From contig VJWM01000011.1 in the NCBI GenBank assembly GCA_010909165.1, forward strand, positions 1,116,001 through 1,180,000: 64,000 nucleotides of DNA, read 5' to 3'. Both the position numbers and the translations under genes were made by a program. How positions within the stretch are numbered: the stretch's first letter is position 1; the number at the start of each line of letters is the position of its first letter. The stretch is from Anthoceros angustus. Its lineage: Eukaryota > Plantae > Anthocerotophyta. The notes below the pieces were generated by a model. That model saw nothing but the letters and a program-made list of their open reading frames with translations, searched no databases and had not been told where the DNA came from. Shown here piece after piece: positions 11,886-26,270 of this stretch.

Positions 11886-11916
11886 GAGGAGGAGGAGGAG
11901 GAGGAGGAGAAGGAGG
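11886..11916. repeat. (GGA)n microsatellite upstream of the ATL gene
   Basis: gaggaggaggaggaggaggaggagaaggagg. Confidence 0.85.
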
Positions 11917-13779
11917 AACAGGAACAGCAATCGGTGTTGGGCGATAGAATCCCGGATCCGGGCAGGGAGGATGTGGCTGCGGCTGCGGCTGCGGTCAAGC
12001 GGCGGTAGCGCAGGAATCCGGCGGGGCTGACCGCTGGCCTGCAGGCGGGGCGTCAGGCGGGGACGCCCCGCCACATGGCCGCGCTGCCGGTGCCTCGGCC
12101 CCGCCCGACAGCCATGGCCAGACAGCTCACGAGGCCCACCCCGGGCGCCCGGGCCTAGCGCTGCCCTCTCCGCGCTCGCTGGCCCGCCTCCCGCCCAGGC
12201 CCCGCTAGCCCGGTTGCGTGCGCGGCCGGACGTGGCCTCGAACCCCGCGCCGCGGCTTGCGGCCTGCGACTTGCGGGTTCCCGCTACTTCCTGCTTCGAC
12301 GCCACCACCACCCGGCCTTTACCTCCCTCACCGTCGCCTCTTGTTCGCACGAAGCTTCCTCGAATCCCCCGGGCCCGCCGCCCTCGTCCTCTACCAACCA
12401 AATACATACATACCATCACATAGGTTTGCAATTTCCCACCCGGCTTGCCAACTTTTAAATTGGGTGGTCTTACGCGTGTCAACCCGCACGAGGGAGCCCG
12501 CCGTGCCCAACCACACATGACATACTTCTAACTTCTAAGCATCATCGGCAGCCTATCAATCGGCCCGAGAGATCTTGACGACTCCTGCAAACTGTTGAGC
12601 GTTGATGAAAGAATGTTTGGTGATCAGCTCTACAGGCTGCTGCAAGAGCGTTGCAGTCCAAGAGGCAATCAGAAAACCCGCAGCACCCACATACCACCTC
12701 ATGAAATATGAATAAAAATTATGCATATAAAAACTCATTTATTAACACACGCCCACATCACATCACATCACGCTCGGACGTGCGAGTGGGTAGTACCAGT
12801 TGAGGGAGTAAAGTCCTTTGATTGGTATATTACGTTTAACAAGAACCGTGCAGCAACAGCAGCAAAACTGCCGTTGGATGAAGGGAAGACGAATCACGCA
12901 GGCGGGGTAGGCCTGTTATTGCGTGCTGACGCTGACAAGGACGGGGAGTGGCATAGTGGCGGATAGGTAGCCCCCACTCGAGTGCAGGCTATATTTGTAC
13001 GACCGGTCGCCGGTGTTGTCGCGCTCCGTGTCGCGCATGCCTTGCCGGATCACCTCATCACCCTTTCGTTTCACGCCCTGGCCACCCAGGCGATTGCGAT
13101 TCACGTATCCAACACTCCACCTACGACGTACACTTAGCTTTGTGCTAAAATTGGATATGATCGCCGGCTTTTTGTCGACTGGACCGAACCGGAACCGGAA
13201 CCCCGACTGAGTGAAGATATCACCTGGATCGGAGATCGGAGTCGGGGGCTACTTGTTGGTACCTGCAAGCTGTGTCTTATTTTTTGTTTTTTATTATTAT
13301 TTATATGATCGTGTGTATCTAAGTATTTGGCTTTCGGTATATGCGCACAGGTGGGTGAAACTGCACGCAAGTGTCTCGCACTCCAACATGACAAGCTCCA
13401 TCGACCGATTTGGATGACAGGTAAGTGCCCTTGTTGGCAGGTGGCGTCGAATGAACAAGATGACGTTGACACCCGGGAATGTGCCTGCTATGTAGTTGCC
13501 TTTAACGGTTTGGCTGAAGCGCAAAACTGGGAAAGCAGGTCACTACTGCATATAGTGGTTACGCGGGTTGCCAGCGAGCAACGATACTGCTCTGTAATGT
13601 CAGCCTGAATGTGTGCCAATCCCTGAGCGGCAACGCCGTTCCACATGACCGCCCGCTTTGTTGTTTGTTAGCCCTGATGCATGCAGGTTTTGCGATTGAA
13701 GCAGCACTTGAAACAGACAAGCGGAGCATGAATTGCCATTCAGGGTTTTGTATGTGACGTGCCTCTGCCAAACAACGTT

Positions 13780-13833
13780 CCTTGCCTTGCCTTGCCTTGC
13801 CTTGCCTTGCCTTGCTGTGCCTTGCTGTGCCTT
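13780..13833. repeat. (CTTGC)n pentanucleotide microsatellite
   Basis: About 7 perfect cttgc units followed by tgtgc variants. Confidence 0.9.
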
Positions 13834-14359
13834 CTGATGCAGCAAGAGTGTTTTAAGACTTCTCATCTGTCTGATTGCTGAAGGCGTCCACGGCACAAAG
13901 CATGGATTGATGCGAAGTTGCCAGCACCCCACGCGAAAGAGAGCGTGGCGTCTCCTGGAAAACCTAAAAAACGCGTTCTCAAATCGCTGTAAAAAAAGAA
14001 GCGCGTTCCGCTCTTGACCTATGCCAACCGCATTCTGCCCTATTGTGTATGTGGTGCTTTTGGCATCGGCGGGTTTGGTGTCACGAGAGACGATTCCACG
14101 TTACAATCCTGCTTCTGAGAGTCTCACTGGCATACGAGGGATCACGGAGAGTCTCGGGTCTTTATTGAAGAATGCTACATACGAGCGTCGCCGTGAGATG
14201 GATTGTGTTGAATGGCCATTCCGTTGAGAGCAGATTACGACGGATTCATGGACATGAGCTTGAATCGTGCCCTGGCAGAACTGTACAGCGAATGGCAACT
14301 CTCTCTGGTTTGGTGCCGACATGACACATGGTGAGAATGATGTGAAGAGAAGAGGAGGT

Positions 14360-16877
<2,518 letters not shown>

Positions 16878-17479
16878 TCACCGACCCTTTTTGCAATTTT
16901 CCTCTCATGTCAAACACCAAGAATCCTTCTCGGATTTTTGCAGCACAAGTCAACACCGAGCAGTCGCATTTAGTCTTTCATATACAATAATAGCTTTCTT
17001 TTTTAACGGAGGAGGACGAGAGGTGTGGACGATGAGGTATATAATAGCTTAGCATTTATATTAATATAATATAATAATTTATCAAAACAATATAGTATCT
17101 TATTTTTAATATATTTATTTTATATCATTATTTTCTATTATGTTTTAGTATGCTGGCGCACAATCTAGACTATCCACAAAACACATCAAAATATGTGATA
17201 CACAAACCAATAATTCTACCACAAAAAATTGGTTTCACATGAATAGAGTTTGAAGATACATGATTTGATAAGCAGAATAAGATTTGCATATACAGGTCAC
17301 CCGCGCCTCACAACCTAGACAAAAAGAGCATCAATTATATTCAAAAGAATGTATTTGAAGTCTCCTTCGCAACTCCACCAACTCTAGTACTTGACATTTA
17401 AGCCGCCAGTTCAATATAGATGTGCATGTGGAACATCATTATAGTCCTTTTAATATAGTTGGACCTACACTAGAGGCAA

Positions 17480-18200
17480 GGCCAAATTCAACAAAATTAT
17501 CTTTAGCCTCAATATTATGACATTCACTAACGACAACTAGATCCAGACTATAGCTTGTCCAATTTATATCCAACTATAGCTTGTCTATTAGAAATAGCAT
17601 TGCCATACCCTAAAAGAACATGCATTACTTTACTTAAGAGAAGATTTCGCTTTTCAAGGACTCCATCAAGGGGAACCAACGCGCCCATCCGGCAAGGGGC
17701 AACTACCAAGCTTTCTATCTTCAAAAGCCTTCTGGAAGAGTGATGCAAATTTCGGGTCTGAAGTCGTTCCTCGACGATATTATTCGTATGTAGTGAGGAT
17801 AATTGACATTAAGGAAAAAGGGGGGAATGACTTCTTCAAAGAATTCCATCGCAAACATATACTCCTGCACTTCTGTCATTGGCACAACTAGGGAGAGCCA
17901 GGCCTGGATGATTATGACACGGTTCTCCATCATTCTCTTCTCGACTTCGCACCCGAAGCTGGGGTGCAGCTACTGGAGAGGCGTGACAGAACGATGTGGA
18001 ATGGAGTAAGTCTAATAGCCTTGTTGTGGAATGGGGGATTCGTACATATGAGTACAGTTGGTGGCCTTTCGTGAGGTGAGAGTACCAGTGGGGGCCGTAC
18101 TAGTACCGCCCCCTTTGGGAAGTTACCTCAAGAAGTATTTTGCTTGATCAAGCTGCTTGATACCTGATTCAAAAGCATTCTGATTTTAGCTCAGACCCGG
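17480..18200 (-). mobile_element. Degenerate LINE (L1-like) reverse transcriptase remnant
   Basis: AMEFFEEVIPPFFLNVNY...NDFRPEI...KIESLV...YKLDKL resembles the L1 RT pattern (EFF..G.LP...N.T; DFRPI; KLD.EKAYD). Many stops. Confidence 0.4.
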
Positions 18201-18779
18201 GTGAATAGGGGATAACAATGCTCATAAGGTGTTTCTTGGAAGGCATGGCCTTCAAAAGCTGTTAGGAAATGGCCCTAAGGGGCAAGGAACAGTAAGGCAA
18301 GGTGGAATCATGAGGGGAGCCATTCAAAGGCATATTGATTTTAGCTGTGAGCCGCGGGTGAATAATAGTGATATGGTGGTATTGTTATTTCTAACTGTGT
18401 GCCTGCCCCACCTCGCTGGAAAGGGGGTGTTACTTGTGGTATCATAGCTCAAGGTTGAAGCGTCTCTAGCTAACGTCTGATTGTGTGGAAGGCATGCCCT
18501 TCAACAGATGTTAGGAAATGGTCCTGAGCGGCAAGGAAGATGTATTAAGATTCATGCCAGTAGGCCAAGTCTAAGCAGAAGGCCGATCACAAGTCCTTGT
18601 CCACATTTCTGGGGATCCTCACATGTTTGGCAAAGCTAGCTCATTTTAGCTATTCCTTCACTATACAGTCTAGCGTCTTCTGCTAATGCTCACCTTGTGT
18701 ATATGCATTGATCAGTGAAGTCCAATGTTTCTAAATGTCTGTGCAATTGTTGAGCACATCAGGTTGAGCCAGTATTGGT

Positions 18780-19070
18780 ATCTAGGTGTTAAAATAGGAT
18801 TACATTATTAAACCCTATTTCCTTCATAGTTACTACATCATTAGATTAAGCAGTCATTACCCTAATAGATAAGATACCTAGAGGTCTGTGGCTGTTTACT
18901 AGACGTCATACCTCTAGGTGTCTTATCTATTAGGGTAATGACTTATTAATCTAATGACATAGTAACTATAAAAACACACATACACTAATAGCAAAAAAAA
19001 AATTGTACTCTCAACACATTTTGTTCATTCAAATTTAAGTTTATTCCTCTTATGTTTTCGGAAGCGTAGA
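18780..19070. repeat. Foldback/MITE-like element, copy 1 (60-bp arms)
   Basis: 18826-18885 pairs with 18910-18969 (5 mismatches, 24-nt loop). Flanking sequence is homologous to 20880-21080. Confidence 0.7.
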
Positions 19071-19509
19071 ATTATAGCTAGACTTTAACATGCTATTAGA
19101 GCCCAAGTAGATCTCTTGGGATTATGGCACAGAATTGGAAATAACTTGAGATCCTTAAGTAATCTCGAATAGTGAGATAGTTGACATCACTAATAAAATT
19201 GACAAATTTCAACCATGTGAGTATTGAGATAGTTGATGATATCAATAATAAAATTAAAAAAATTGTATCATTATTTTTTACCTTCACAAAGCAATTCATA
19301 TTAAAGAAAAAGAGAGATTTATCTGGTGAGGCTGGAAGAATCGATTTAATTGTTATTGCAATCTCATTAATTATTTTCAAGAAAGAAGGAATAAGTTCTC
19401 CTAATAATATGTGGAAGGACTCAAAAAATATGAATACTAATATTTTAATTAATAATGGGCAGCTTCTATAGCTAGCCCAGATTAACATATATCAATTCTC
19501 TATTAAAAT

Positions 19510-20480
19510 GTTTACCCCACATCTATTCAAGGAAAAAGATCGTTTTGATAGAAGGAGTTTTGATATATGATACTTTAGGATCTATTGCATCCTAAAAAAA
19601 TGTCTTTTGCTGGGGATAGTAGATGGCACATGTACAAAGCCAATAGCTGGCAGGAGCTACAAGACCTCCTACTCTATCAGGCATTGTATAAGATTTTTGC
19701 TAAAGATATTCAAGAATAGGAGACAAAATACATGCAAACAACGCAACTAATTGTCTCCGACTTGTCCTCTTATAAAATTAATCACTTCAACAAAAAGATC
19801 ACATTAGGCTATCCATCTTTTATGAGATACATATCAATGTAAGGACATAATATCCGAAGTTGTAGCAGGCTCTTCATAGCCTTAAGATGCGAGAAGGAGA
19901 ATTCATAGAAAATAACCTCTTTAAATTTAGAAAGCTCAATGCTTATCTTGCATCTGTGGGAATTGTATTGACAAAGCACAATCAGCTGATACAGCTACAC
20001 ACAATTCAATACTAGCCTACAACAATCTGTAAAATGAATTCCTTTAACAGCCACAACAGCACAATCATCCGACCTAATCGTCCAGCATGTAACAGTAGCA
20101 GTCCATTAATATGAACAGACAAAAAGGTCAGCTGATGCAGCATCTAGCTTTAGACAAACAAGCAAGCTATGTTTGTTAATTCGCAGGGAAAATCACGTGG
20201 AGGAAATTTTGGCCCTGGACGTGGCCCAGGTATAAGATTTGCCAGTGATAGAAGGGCCTGGTTGAGTCTTGGATTGCCTCCCGGCACTGTTCTTCTTCCT
20301 GAGGAGACGCCAGTCTTTTTTGGAAGTGGCAAGGACAAGCCCAAGACCGATCTTTTGTCTCTTACGTGTGTGATTCCATGTCAATTCCTTCTCTAGGAGG
20401 TAACATATATTTTGTAGTATACATGGATGACTATTTAACTATATATCTTGAAGTCAAAGAGTGATGTTTTTCAAACTTTT
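19510..20480 (+). mobile_element. Internally deleted Ty1/Copia remnant (gag and integrase fragments)
   Basis: EKDRFDRRSFDI*YFRIYCILKKCLLLGIVDG; QALHSLKMREGEFIENNLFKFRKLNAYLASVGI (UBN2-type gag); YTWMTI*LYILKSKSDVFQTF (integrase). Confidence 0.7.
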
Positions 20481-20804
20481 TAGCTCAGTTTCTCCTATGT
20501 TCTACTCATGGCTGGCTGTGGCGTGGCTTTGCACCGTTGTCGCAGTGCGCCCACCCCGTACTCCGACGCTATCTAGCCCGATCGCTGCAATGGGAGCCAT
20601 CGCAAGCAGATGCAAATATACAAAGGTGTGTGATCGAGACGCGCGAGCTGAGGCTTTCCAAGCAATCTCCGTTCCGGTGCTCGATCCGTTTTCGATGCCA
20701 CCCCCGCACATGGGTTTTGGGTTTTTCAAGTTTGGCTTTTCCTGAGGTTTATCCATCTATTAATTATTAATATTATCATAATCAATTAATTCTAGTCATT
20801 AGAT

Positions 20805-21080
20805 GGGAGTGTTAAAATAGATTTAATAATTTAACCCTATTTCAACACTCCCACCTACTACGTAGGTATTACATAGGTGGGAGTGTTAAAATAGGGTTAC
20901 ATTATTAAATCCTATTTACTTTATTGTTACTACATCATCAGACTAATTAATCATTACTCTACTAGGTAAGATACCTACATTTGGTAAACAACTACATGTA
21001 GACTAACAACAACAAAATATTTGTACTCTCAACACTTTTTGTTCATTCAAGTTTAAGTTTATTCCTCTTATGTTTCTGCC
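20805..21080. repeat. Foldback/MITE-like element, copy 2 (nested inverted repeats)
   Basis: About 44-bp arms around ctacgtaggtattaca (20814-20917). 20880-21080 is homologous to 18780-19070 but lacks the right 60-bp arm. Confidence 0.65.
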
Positions 21081-21122
21081 TAAGATTGTCTCTAAACTTT
21101 AACACTAGGCTCGCTTGCAAGC

Positions 21123-21479
21123 GGCCGACCAGCAAGGCATCGTCTCATTTTCCTCGTCTTACGAAACAACATCGGCCGACCAGCAAGGCCTCATCTCATT
21201 TTCCTCGTCCTACGAAACAACATCGGCCGACCAGCAATGCATCATCTCATTTTCCTCGTCCTACGAAACAACATCGGCCGACCAGCAAGGCATCATCTCA
21301 TTTTCCTCGTCCTACGAAACAACATCGGTCGACCAGCAAGGCATCATCTCATTTTCCTCGTCCTACGAAACAACATCGGCCGACCAGCAAGGCATCATCT
21401 CATTTTCCTCGTCCTACAAAACAACATCGGCCGATCAGCAAGGCATCATCTCATTTTCCTTGTTCTACGAAACAACATT
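21123..21479. repeat. 51-bp minisatellite, 7 copies
   Basis: Unit ggccgaccagcaaggcatcatctcattttcctcgtcctacgaaacaacatc at 21123, 21174, 21225, 21276, 21327, 21378 and 21429. Confidence 0.95.
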
Positions 21480-22289
21480 GGCGCTTGTGTTAGCAGGACA
21501 CCCGCATGCCTATATGGATGTATGTGTGAGGAGTGAATAACATTCCATCAGTTTCAAAGAACCACATGTGACCTTACCCCTAGACAGAACTGAGATAGAT
21601 GTGAACATATCGTTGAACTGGGATAGATATGAACTTATCCGGTTTTGTGTGTCAACCTAGGAGCAAGATGGCCCCCTAAGTCAACCGGAGATCTAACAAA
21701 CCTTATTCGTACCACTTATCTATCAAGAAATACAAATTATTTTTTTGAAAAACAAATATAATATAGTAACTAGAAAAACTACCAATAAAGATTCTTCAAA
21801 ACCTAATAAATACAATCTTGTAGCTAGAAAAAAGACATAAACTAATAATCAGATAAGCCAGCTAGCGTTGCCAAACTAGGTATTAGGAAATGAGCATAAG
21901 CTGATAATTAGCCCCCAAAAGACTGGCATAGAAATGCCATCTTATGTGGGTTCTTCCATCTTCATGAGGTTTATGATAAACGGGCTTCAATAAAATACCG
22001 GTACAAGCTAACGTCGTCTTTTTCAACCTACCAAAATGAAGTATGGATATCTCCTCACTGGCCCAGCAACCATGAACATCCCACAGCGTTTGAAGCGAGC
22101 TGCCTGCTATTGCTGCGTGCAGGGGGCAGCCGTTTCTGGCTGCTGTCGTCAGTCCGAGCTGGTTAAGCAATCTGGGAGGTGCAGGCTGGGGCGGGATGTC
22201 CCTGGAGCAGAAGCAGGGAGCTGGACATTCTTGTAGGATTGCAGACATGCTGTCATGAATGCTGAATCCCGGCAGCAGCTGCCTCTTCG

Positions 22290-25200
22290 ATGTCCTCTTC
22301 GTCTACCTTGGGTGGACCTGTAGGAATGTGGGACGCAATTCAGCTCCGCTGCCATGACACCGGAAGCGGAGGAATGGGATTGTGTAGGGAGGCCAAGACA
22401 TGGTCGGGAGTGGCGGGAAGGTATCACCTGAGGCACCGCCGCGCCGCGGAGAGACCAGGAGTATGCGTGGCCATTTCCACTACAGGAGACTGGATGAAGC
22501 GGGTGTTCTCTGGATCGTCCGGGTACTACAAGAGTGCGAATCATCCTGACCGAGCCGAGCTTCTGTCTGAGGTAGTTCGGAAATGTGCGATTGTCCGGGG
22601 TTGTGTTGTGGTAATAGGTTCACATGGTGACATCCCTTGGTGCTGCTGTGCCAGGCAAGGTTTAGCAGAGAGTTGGAATGGCACCGGACCAACTATGAGC
22701 GAGTGGGTGAGATTGAGCCGCCGCCGATTTTCCCGTTTTGGCGGAAGCAGGAGTTCGAGGCTCGGTCTCTGACTAGAAAGGTTCTCGAGCTTACCAGGAA
22801 GAGGCAGCTCAATCAAGTACGAGTTTCCTCATATGTGTGGAATATTGCATCGGGCATGAAGTTTGGAGAACCCTGACAGTCAGAGTCACGTCCTGGACAG
22901 ATTTTGAAGCTGGTGGAAACAGCTAAACAGGAGAGATACGAGCTGCACCGGATAACTATGAATGCGGTGATGGAGGCTTGTGTGCATTGTAATGACACGG
23001 ACCGTGCCATAGGCATTTTCGAAGAGATGCTACGCCCGGGTGCCTGTGGTGTTGATACTGTAACATATGGGATCCTAATAAAGGTCTGCTGAGGCTTGCA
23101 GCATTGCTGTTCTGCTGTTTGTATGTGAAGGCAAGCCTGTGTGTTGGCTCACTCTCGTTGAGCTTTACGTTTTCCTCTTGGTGTGCAGGGCCTTGGGCAA
23201 GCGAAAAGACTGAGTGATGCGTTTCTCGTATTTGAAGCAATCGAGAAAGGCACAGCTCCAGGAGCTCCTAAGTTGTCGGATGTACACCTCAACACTCTAG
23301 TGAATGCATGTGCCGAGGCAGGTTAGGTTCAATTTGCATCGTTTGTGCGTTCTGTCTCACTCTCGTCGGTGTTTGTCCAATCTGTGAATGCTAATGTGAC
23401 GGCCTTCTTCTTCAGTTCTGACCTGATGATGTTGTTCCGAGCAGGAGAATCTCTTCGTGCACGAGGTATACTATTAAGGTATCGCTCTTCGGTTGACCAG
23501 TCAGGACCATCCGCTTTCACATACAACCTACTGATTAAGGTTACCTTCTTTTCCTGCACAGTGCCATTCTGCAATTTTCCGCCAGCTGTGGATCCTGATT
23601 ATGAGTGGCATTGTCCCAGGGATATGCAAGATCGGACAATCCTTTGGAGGCTCTGAAGGTGATCGATGAGATGCGTTCTAATGGCTTAGAACCGCAGCAG
23701 CTGACTTATAACTCTCTTATTCTGGCTTGTGTCCGGGGCGGGGACACACTGAAAGCCCTTGATTTTTTGAGGCAAATGAAGGTTGGTATACGAGGCTACC
23801 GTAAGCGTTGTCCTGAAACATCCTCTTTGTCAGCTCAAAGTCCAAAGTAACGAATTTTTGTGATATCGCAGGAGGAAGCGAAGAGGCTTAATTCTCCGGA
23901 AATGCTTCCAGATGTTGTAACATATACCACTCTAATAAAGGTCAGTGGGGTTGACTGTCTTTGTAGGAATGTGCTCTACTTGTCGTCCCTACCAGGCTGC
24001 ACCTCATTCTGTTCGCTTATCCTGTGCAGGGTCTTGCTTTGGATGGCGATCTTCAAAAGGTTTTGGATATGGTGGATGAAATGAAACAGACACCAACATG
24101 TGTATTGGATCGTGTTGCTTATACAGCGATCATCGACGCCTGTATAGAGGCCGGATCACCCAGACGTCAGTATGCTACCCTGCACGGCCTCCCTTCTTCC
24201 TGAGGCTGTGGACACCTTGTGTGTGTTCAAAGGAGCTAACAGATTTTGTTGTTATGCAGAGGGCTTTGTGATGTTGCAAGAGTTGAAGGAGAGGGGGCAG
24301 GAAAGTCCTGTTCTCAGACCAAGGGCCCATGTGTTTCTTGCTCTTATGAGGGCCTTCGCCGATGAAGGTGATGTTGAGATGGTGACCTCGTTGAGAGAGC
24401 GTCTAATACCGGAGGCTGCGGGGTTTGTTTGGCCTGAGGAGCGTGCAGAAGCAGATGAGCTACTGATGGAAGCTGCTGTTGCTGCAGGGCAGGTAAAGCG
24501 ATAAAGTCATTATCCATCCTTTCTGCTCACCTCAGTGACAGCAAACCTAACGAGCATTCTTGTTTCAAGCAGCTGGGTCTAGCAAAACATGTGCTGCGAA
24601 CGATGGTCGGTCTGAAGAAAGGCATCCCTCTGACAAGACGCGCCTACATTGTGAGTGCTACCGACCCAACGAAGGTGCCTATGCCTGTAGCAAGCCATTT
24701 ACCATATCAACGGTAATAACCCCACCGTTGGTCTGCAGGCCGTCGTCCGATTGCAAGCACTCACAGGCTTCAAAGAAGACATCTTCAGCCCTCTTCAGCT
24801 GCGGGTGCGTTGAAGTCCCTGTCGTGTGCATTGCTGTGCAAAAGCGCGGTGAACGCTATCGTAACCCAAGTACCTGCTTCCCTTGCTTACAGGTTCCTCC
24901 AAGTGAGAGCGTGGACAGGGTAATGCTGCCCTTCGCTGAGGCAAACACCGTCTCTGAAGACCTGAAGGTGGCAGACGTAGCATTTCGTTTTTTCAGAGAA
25001 GACGTGATACCCGTCGTGGACAAAGCAGGAGCATACGTTGGTTCTGTCCACTGCCGAGACTGCACCGAGGTCCACCTCGCTTACCTTGTCTGTGCTTGCA
25101 AACTTTTCGTGTTGGAGCAACCTGTTGATCTCCTCTGTCACGGGGGATGTGCACAGATGGATGCCCGGTTAGGCGACCTGAAGAAGAGAACTCCCATTGT

Positions 25201-25420
25201 GACCAACGCTACTCCAGTCTCCAAAGTTGTCAGTCTGCTGCTGAAGTCTCCGTCACCATTCATCACCGTGATAGACAGCAGCACGGCATCCTACCGAAAG
25301 GGCGACTTGTTAGAAGGCCAGGTCCTTGGTTTCCTTGTTCCCAGCAGCGTTTTCGTTCTGGACAGCCGGAGATCATGGAACGCAATTACTACGTCGCCTA
25401 ACCTTGATCAATATTACTAA
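22290..25420 (+). CDS. P-class PPR protein with C-terminal CBS domains (At5g10690/CBSPPR1-like); multi-exon
   Basis: Exons ARSLTRKVLELTRKRQLNQ, TMNAVMEACVHCNDTDRAIGIFEEM, TYNSLILACVRGGD, PDVVTYTTLIK, RPRAHVFLALMRAFA and EERAEADELLMEAA; CBS-like VADVAFRFFREDVIPVVDKAGAYVGSVH. GT-AG introns. Confidence 0.85.
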
Positions 25421-25470
25421 ATCCTGGGACCAGTGTGCCGAGGCACAGGCAAAGCAGGAGCAGGCCCGGC

Positions 25471-26013
25471 ATGGGAGGAAGCGACGGAAGCTCAGCGAGC
25501 CAGAGCGGCGATGGTGGGAAGGTGTTCGTGACCGTGGGAACCACCCTCTTCGACGCCCTGGTGGAGGCGGTGGACGAGCCCCGGTTTTTGGCTGCGCTGC
25601 GGGAGCGCGGCTTCTCCTCTCTGCTCATCCAGCTCGGCCGGGGCTCCTACCTCCCCGCCAGCGCCGGCATCTCCCAGGGCGGCTTCAAGCTGGAATTCTT
25701 CACCTTCGCGCCTGACATAGCTCACCACATCCGCTCCGCGGACCTGGTGATCAGCCATGCCGGATCCGGCAGCGTGTTCGAGACTCTGCGAGCTGGCTCG
25801 CCCCTGGTGGTTGTGGTGAACGAGGCCCTCATGGACAACCACCAGAGCGAGCTGGCCGAGGAGCTGGCGGACAGGAAGCACCTCTTCTGCGCCACCCCTT
25901 CCTCTCTTGTGGATGTGGTGCGCAACATGGATGTGTCTGAGCTGGCTCCGTATCCTGCCTCCTCTCCCGCGGCTATGGTCAAGAGCCTGGACCAATTCTT
26001 AGGGTTCGGGTAG
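25471..26013 (+). CDS. ALG13: UDP-N-acetylglucosamine transferase subunit ALG13; intronless
   Basis: KVFVTVGTTLFDALV, LLIQLGRG, ADLVISHAGSGSVFETLR, VVVVNEALMDNHQSELAEELA. Confidence 0.95.
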   Translation: MGGSDGSSASQSGDGGKVFVTVGTTLFDALVEAVDEPRFLAALRERGFSSLLIQLGRGSYLPASAGISQGGFKLEFFTFAPDIAHHIRSADLVISHAGSGSVFETLRAGSPLVVVVNEALMDNHQSELAEELADRKHLFCATPSSLVDVVRNMDVSELAPYPASSPAAMVKSLDQFLGFG

Positions 26014-26270
26014 CAAGCTGTTAGCTGCACCGGCTGCTGGTTGCTGTGAACAATAGGAATTTAGCGCTGTCTGTTCTGCGGCGGGTCGTATCCGAACCCT
26101 AACAAGAAGAAAGGTCGGTGCATCTCCGATTGTTGGATGAGAGCTTCTATGCTGCCAGAAAAGATTTGAGAAAAGCTTGAAGATCAGTCCTCAGCAAGTT
26201 GAGCACTTTTTGCCATGGTGACCGAAGCTTGGTACACGGAGAGCAGCAGTATGGTATCTGCAGCGATCTA

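Noticed and set aside
10308-12520. Long antisense or overlapping ORFs around the ATL gene (e.g. 10802-11707 +, 11802-12518 -)
   Set aside because: Low-complexity shadow frames of GC-rich coding or 5' sequence; no recognisable domain.
19096-19488. AT-rich ORFs between the foldback elements
   Set aside because: Flanked by stops, no assignable domain, adjacent to Copia debris.
21123-21479. Possible CRISPR-like array
   Set aside because: Units are contiguous near-identical repeats without unique spacers, there are no cas genes, and the context is eukaryotic.
25421-25470. PPR-CBS/ALG13 fusion by stop read-through
   Set aside because: The two ORFs are in different frames, so simple read-through cannot fuse them.
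25492-25995. 167-aa ORF antisense to ALG13
   Set aside because: Expected by-product of very high GC3 in ALG13; no independent signal.
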